Positions 59,468-64,000 of a DNA stretch of 64,000 bases are shown here, one piece after another. Under the pieces are notes generated by a model that saw nothing but the letters and a program-made list of their open reading frames with translations, made no database searches and was not told where the DNA came from. A program made the translations under genes and the position numbers. Origin of the DNA: an uncultured virus (IMG/VR IMGVR_UViG_3300021256_000108) (lineage: Duplodnaviria; Heunggongvirae; Uroviricota; Caudoviricetes); IMG/VR virus record IMGVR_UViG_3300021256_000108; one strand, 5' to 3'. Each line of letters begins with the position of its first letter. Position 1 is the stretch's first letter.

Positions 59468-60338
59468 CAAGATAAAGTTTGTGAAGGATTGCGAGTTAAA
59501 GGACGGTAGAATTATACACGCTAAATCCGTGTGGGAAGTAAACGACACTAGCAAAGAATATTACCTGCTTAGGGGCGTAGAAAATAATTTTTTCGCAATG
59601 ATAGGATATAAACTTACTGATGATAGTTGCGAAAAAATAAATACCGCGCCAAGCATAACAAAGCGGATAAATGATAAACACAATATTCTTAATGGGGTAC
59701 TCAATTCGGACGGTAGTGTTGATGGTGGAAAGTTAATGGAGAAATTGGAGGAAAATCAAGTGTTTGTAATGAATGATAGACCAAAAAGACCTACTACCCC
59801 TGCAAGTACCCCTGCAAGTACAGGACGAGAAGGGAAATTCAAGGTGGGCGATAATGTACAATTTGTAAGGACTTTGAGTTTCCCTAGTGGCGGTTATATA
59901 AAAAAGGGGACTGTTTGGGAAATAGTTGCATTGAATGATACAAGATATACTATCCTTTTAGTCGATGGCGAGGAAGGAGTAAAGGGAATTGGTTATAACA
60001 TAAATTCATCAATCGACACAATAAACAGTTATTGTGAAAAGGTTGAAGCCAAGGGCAATGATTCGGAAGAAGCAAAGACAAAAGGTAGTCACTACGAAAA
60101 AGCGGCAATGCAACCGTTGGAGGTCATGCAACGTGTTATGACTAAAGAACAATTCAAGGGTTTCTTGTTTGGCAATTTCTTAAAATATCGTATGCGTAGT
60201 GAGTTCAAGGGTCAGCATGATTCTGACGAATATAAAGCGCGGCAATATGCGTATTGGTTGGAAATGGTAAATGACGGTCATGTTATTAATCCGTCTAAAG
60301 ACAAAGTACCATACGATTATAAATATAGCATTATCTAA
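59448..60338 (+). CDS. Two KVGD domains fused to a DUF3310-like domain
   Basis: GSHY...QPLEVM...GFLFGNFLKYRMR...KARQY. Confidence 0.75.
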   Translation: MKYKVGDKIKFVKDCELKDGRIIHAKSVWEVNDTSKEYYLLRGVENNFFAMIGYKLTDDSCEKINTAPSITKRINDKHNILNGVLNSDGSVDGGKLMEKLEENQVFVMNDRPKRPTTPASTPASTGREGKFKVGDNVQFVRTLSFPSGGYIKKGTVWEIVALNDTRYTILLVDGEEGVKGIGYNINSSIDTINSYCEKVEAKGNDSEEAKTKGSHYEKAAMQPLEVMQRVMTKEQFKGFLFGNFLKYRMRSEFKGQHDSDEYKARQYAYWLEMVNDGHVINPSKDKVPYDYKYSII

Positions 60339-60361
60339 GGGCAAAACAGGGGGCGAGTTTT

Positions 60362-60727
60362 GTGTTGGAGAAACCAGAGGAATTTGAAAAAATGATGTGG
60401 GAATGTGCCAAAGGGAACATAAGCACAGAGGACGCGGCAAAACGGTGTGGAATGAAACGTGATACCTTCTATTCATGGCTAAGAAAGAATGAAGAAGCCT
60501 ACCAGATTTACAAGAAAAACAGCCCAATTCGGAAGAAGTCGGTTACTCCTACTAAGCGGTACTATGCTAGGGAATTTGAATTAGAGCAGGAGCGTAGGGC
60601 AAAAGAAGTAATGGCTGAATATCACGCTAAATGTAAAATCGCTGATAAGGTATCACGGGCAAGGGCATTAGGTATGTCTTATGGATATTATTCTGCATTG
60701 ATTGTTAATGGGCTAGGTAAGATATAG
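60362..60727 (+). CDS. HTH protein
   Basis: ISTEDAAKRCGMKRDTFYSWL; ARALGMSYG. Confidence 0.7.
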   Translation: MLEKPEEFEKMMWECAKGNISTEDAAKRCGMKRDTFYSWLRKNEEAYQIYKKNSPIRKKSVTPTKRYYAREFELEQERRAKEVMAEYHAKCKIADKVSRARALGMSYGYYSALIVNGLGKI

Positions 60728-60741
60728 AAAGGTAGTTTTTA

Positions 60742-61662
60742 ATGCACATAGGCTTAATTGATGTGGATTGTACTAAATATCCCAATTTAGTATTAATGAA
60801 ATTGTCGGCGTGGTATAAGAAGCAAGGGCATACGGTAGAATTATTAAAGCCTATTGATGTTATGGGGGGAATTAATTTATTTTCCCCTTATGACAAACTG
60901 ATAGGGGCTTGTGTTTTCACAAAAAACATGCCTATTGTAAAAGATTTACGGGAACAAGGAGCAGAAATCGCGGGGTGTGGTACAGACGATAAAAGGGTGT
61001 TGCCGTATGAAATAGAACATATATATCCAGATTATTCATTGTATGGTATCGCAGATACGGCTTATGGTTTTCTTAGTCGCGGCTGTCCAAGAGGTTGCCC
61101 GTTTTGTATTGTAGCAGGGAAGGAGGGAAAGAAAAGTTATAAAGTCGCTAATTTATCTGAATGGTGGAATGGGCAAAAATTCATCAAACTGTGTGACCCT
61201 AATTTGTTAGCTTGCCCAGAACATAATGAATTGCTAGACCAATTAGCAGATAGCAAAGCAAAAGTAGACGTAAATCAAGGGTTTGACGCTAGACTTTTAA
61301 CAGAGGATATTATTAAAAGAATGAATAAGATAAGATTTAGCGTGATTCATTTTGCATGGGATAATCCAAAGGATAAAATCATACAAGACAAATTATTAAT
61401 GTTTAATGAGTTGTCAAATATTCAAGGCAAAGGAGCATACGCATTTAAAAAGGTATATTGTCTTACAAATTATTGGAGCACTTTTGAACAAGACTTATAT
61501 AGAGTGTATTGGTTAAGAGATAATGGATTTGACCCTTATGTGATGATTTATGAAAAGGATAATGCTCCTTTAAAATTAAGACACCTTCAAAGATGGGTAA
61601 ACAATAAACTGATTTTTAGAAGCTGTGAAAGATTTGAAGATTATAACAGAAAGAAAGGTTGA
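60742..61662 (+). CDS. Radical SAM-like protein
   Basis: SRGCPRGCPFC CxxxCxxC motif; N-terminal PNLVLMKLSAW. Confidence 0.85.
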   Translation: MHIGLIDVDCTKYPNLVLMKLSAWYKKQGHTVELLKPIDVMGGINLFSPYDKLIGACVFTKNMPIVKDLREQGAEIAGCGTDDKRVLPYEIEHIYPDYSLYGIADTAYGFLSRGCPRGCPFCIVAGKEGKKSYKVANLSEWWNGQKFIKLCDPNLLACPEHNELLDQLADSKAKVDVNQGFDARLLTEDIIKRMNKIRFSVIHFAWDNPKDKIIQDKLLMFNELSNIQGKGAYAFKKVYCLTNYWSTFEQDLYRVYWLRDNGFDPYVMIYEKDNAPLKLRHLQRWVNNKLIFRSCERFEDYNRKKG

Positions 61663-61668
61663 TTATTT

Positions 61669-62004
61669 ATGCCAACGAGAAGAAATTTAGATGGGGTTTA
61701 TTTCCGTATTATGCGTGATGGCAAGGGTATCAATGTATGTTGGACTGATTTACAATGGGAAGATAGAATTGAATTTGCCCGTAAGAATAATAACGAGTCA
61801 TGGCTTATTCAAATGATTCAGATTATGAATAGGGTTGCAGATGATTTACATAGGGCTTTTCCAGATATTTATATCAAGCCTGTTACATTGAAGGAAGGTA
61901 AAGCGGTCAGCAAAACATGGTTACGCAATTCGTTGTTTAGGATAACCGCTGATATTCGACTTGTTGCAGAAGAACAGGGCATTTTCGCAGAAGGACATGA
62001 TTAA
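61669..62004 (+). CDS. Hypothetical protein
   Basis: RNLDGVYFRIMRDGK motif. Confidence 0.7.
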   Translation: MPTRRNLDGVYFRIMRDGKGINVCWTDLQWEDRIEFARKNNNESWLIQMIQIMNRVADDLHRAFPDIYIKPVTLKEGKAVSKTWLRNSLFRITADIRLVAEEQGIFAEGHD

Positions 62005-62006
62005 AA

Positions 62007-62204
62007 ATGAATACCTATGTTGTCACATATAAATCTTTTACCACTTCCAAAACCATTGTCGTTAAGGCTATAGACATACCGCAGATTCTTAGGTGGTTGA
62101 ACAAAGATGGGAAGTATAAGCAGGTAGAAGGAAACGTGTGGAAAACAGAGGAAGATTCGTGCATTGTAATTAAGTGGGTAAAGGAGTATGTATTACATGA
62201 ATAA
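62007..62204 (+). CDS. Hypothetical protein
   Basis: ORF in operon. Confidence 0.55.
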   Translation: MNTYVVTYKSFTTSKTIVVKAIDIPQILRWLNKDGKYKQVEGNVWKTEEDSCIVIKWVKEYVLHE

Positions 62205-62689
62205 AAGAGTATATATCATTCATGCGTTGTTGATGTTATTCTTATTTGTTTGGTGGTTAGTCGTTGATGATTTGAATAATAAGCTGACTATAATATTTTT
62301 AATGACGGTGTTCACTTACTTGCAGAGAATATAGGATAACCCTCCCGCCCCGTTAAGGTTTCGTTTTCTTATACAGTAAATAAAAATCAGAAAATGAAAG
62401 CCAATTCGGTGAAGTACCCACTCCCCCCTATGCAATCCACCCCCCGTGTAAAATTCCGCAAATGGATTATGACAATCCAATTCGGTGAATGGAATCCAAT
62501 TCAGTAGCCCCGCCGCCCAGAGCGCAGGGAGCGTGGAAACGGAGCAGGGGAAGGATTGTGCGTGGGGGTGCGCGTGGGGTGGTACAGAAAGCGCAATAAA
62601 GCCTTTACATTTTAGACTGATTATAGTATTATACTAATAACAAGGTAACTATATCTGTTTAGACTGATTGTAGAGCGATAAATAGCTAT

Positions 62690-62838
62690 ACTTGCTATTG
62701 ATGTTGCTATTGTTATTGATGTTGATGTTGATGTTGTAATTGTGCTTGTTGTTGTGCTTGTTGTTGATGTTGCTATTGTGCTTGTGCTTGCAATGGCTAT
62801 TGTGCTTGCTATTGTTTTTGCATTTGCTATGGCTATGC
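62690..62838. repeat. Low-complexity hexamer-periodic T/G-rich repeat
   Basis: (GCT/GAT/GTG/GTT)(ATT/GTT/CTT) units repeated over ~150 bp. Confidence 0.8.
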
Positions 62839-62862
62839 GGAAAATGAGAAAGGTGAAAGAGA

Positions 62863-63135
62863 ATGAGAAAGAAAACAATTAGTAAGGCTGTGAGGGAGCA
62901 GAATAAACGTATGGAGGAAGTCTGGAAAGCCGTTGTAGCGTCCGTCACGGCGGCTTACGGGTGCTTGCTCCCGCAGGGCGAAATTACGGTGCAGGTGGTC
63001 TTGTCATGGGCGCGGGAGGAATTTCTGGGCGTGTTGAAGCGCAATGGCAAGATTCTTGCGTGGAAACAGGACAAGGAGTTTGAGGAAGGAAACAACCGCC
63101 GTTACTTAGTCACGCTGAATACGGCGAAAATTTGA
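62863..63135 (+). CDS. Hypothetical protein, GC-richer than the genome
   Basis: AAGGTG RBS; 90 aa. Confidence 0.55.
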   Translation: MRKKTISKAVREQNKRMEEVWKAVVASVTAAYGCLLPQGEITVQVVLSWAREEFLGVLKRNGKILAWKQDKEFEEGNNRRYLVTLNTAKI

Positions 63136-63479
63136 ACGAGAGTTTTATATGAGCGAGAGGGCGAGTATAAGTTTTTTCTCACGGTGAACGGCGTGTAGCC
63201 CCAAAATTTTACGGGTGAGCCGTATATGAGCGTGGGGCGTGATGGGGAGGATTGATTTCTTCTTTGAATTTTTCCCTGCCGCCCCAAAATTTTACGATTT
63301 TGTCTTATATCAGCGGGAGGGGCTTTTGGACGAAAACCCTTTTTCCCCACGGGGGCGCGTCCGCCACGGGTGGACTGTCCGCGCCAGATGGACGGGAGGG
63401 CTTATCGTTTGCAAAGTCAAGTAATAATCATTATCAATTATATACAATAAAATTTTATACAATCAATTTACCTGCTGAA

Positions 63480-63572
63480 CTGCCGCCCTCGCTGAACTGC
63501 CGCCCATCCTGCCGCCCATCCTGCCGCCCATCCTGCCGCCCATCCTGCCGCCCATCCTGCCGCCCTCGCTGA
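63480..63572. repeat. 12-bp tandem repeat CTGCCGCCCATC x5, flanked by CTGCCGCCCTCGCTGA
   Basis: Read directly; copies span 63497-63556. Confidence 0.92.
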
Positions 63573-63613
63573 CCTGCTGAATACATCCCACTATAGAAAA
63601 GGAATGATTTTAC

Positions 63614-64000
63614 ATGATGATGATGAAAACAAACAATAATAATCCCGCTGACCTGCCGAAACTAAAAAAAGATGGCACGCCAGATAAAAGACGGTTTAAT
63701 CATGGTACTATCGGGAATAAAGGAAATAAGCACGCTATGGGGAAAAAAGCAACGAACAAAGAAAAAATGTTGGGTTTGTCATTTGTAGCGAATGAGCGCG
63801 AATACAACTTAATTAAACAGTTTAGCCAGATTTTAAGAACTGACCAAACAGCCGCCCAAACCATCATAAATAAATTAGGTTCAATTCCCGCCAAACGCGC
63901 TGAACGTGACAGCACGCGAAAAACGCGCTCTGTAAGATGTATAAGCACAAACAAAGACATCTTAAAACGCGCTATAGCTATCATTAAAGACAGATATTAC
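63614..64000 (+). CDS. 146-aa basic protein spanning the circular junction (ends at position 115)
   Basis: GAAAAGGA RBS; MMMMKTNNNNPADLPKLKKDGTPDKRRF...AEKQKTTI*; frame stays open across the overlap. Confidence 0.75.
   Translation, partial: MMMMKTNNNNPADLPKLKKDGTPDKRRFNHGTIGNKGNKHAMGKKATNKEKMLGLSFVANEREYNLIKQFSQILRTDQTAAQTIINKLGSIPAKRAERDSTRKTRSVRCISTNKDILKRAIAIIKDRYY

Noticed and set aside
62621..62948. Minus-strand T/S/I-rich and N/K/H-rich ORFs
   Set aside because: Produced by the low-complexity hexamer tract
63252..63572. ORF with CRPS repeats
   Set aside because: Translation by-product of the 12-bp tandem repeat; no credible start
1..64000. Lysogeny module, tRNAs, diversity-generating retroelement or alternative genetic code
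   Set aside because: No integrase, divergent repressor, reverse transcriptase or cloverleaf recognised; long genes are intact in the standard code

Overview
The window is an apparently complete ~63.9 kb circularly assembled genome of a tailed, siphovirus-like bacteriophage. Bases 63940-64000 repeat bases 1-61, and one ORF reads straight through that junction. Essentially all credible genes are on the + strand. Order: AT-rich cluster of small early genes (~0.7-8.6 kb), packaging (TerS-like, HTH, ERCC4-type nuclease, TerL), head, tail, lysis (holin, GH25 lysin), two candidate small RNAs, recombination/replication (Gp157, AAA ATPase, initiator, DnaC-like, DnaB), and a long accessory region. I recognised no integrase, DNA polymerase, methyltransferase, tRNA or Cas gene. 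Firmicute-type RBS/promoters combined with a DUF2460/DUF2163/NlpC-P60 tail tip suggest a Bacillota host, possibly Negativicutes (inference). The main find is at 48.05-49.88 kb: a gene for an IS110/Nop-domain protein lacking the recombinase catalytic elements, followed directly by about 26 units of 35-36 nt. Each unit has two alternating short repeats and two ~9-nt variable spacers, the architecture of a TIGR-Tas (TasA-type) RNA-guided system. Other notable items are host-type parS sites and three covarying RNA hairpins in the early region, an anti-Shine-Dalgarno sRNA, and apparent genome-wide restriction-site avoidance. All family calls come from motif recognition by eye, not database searches.
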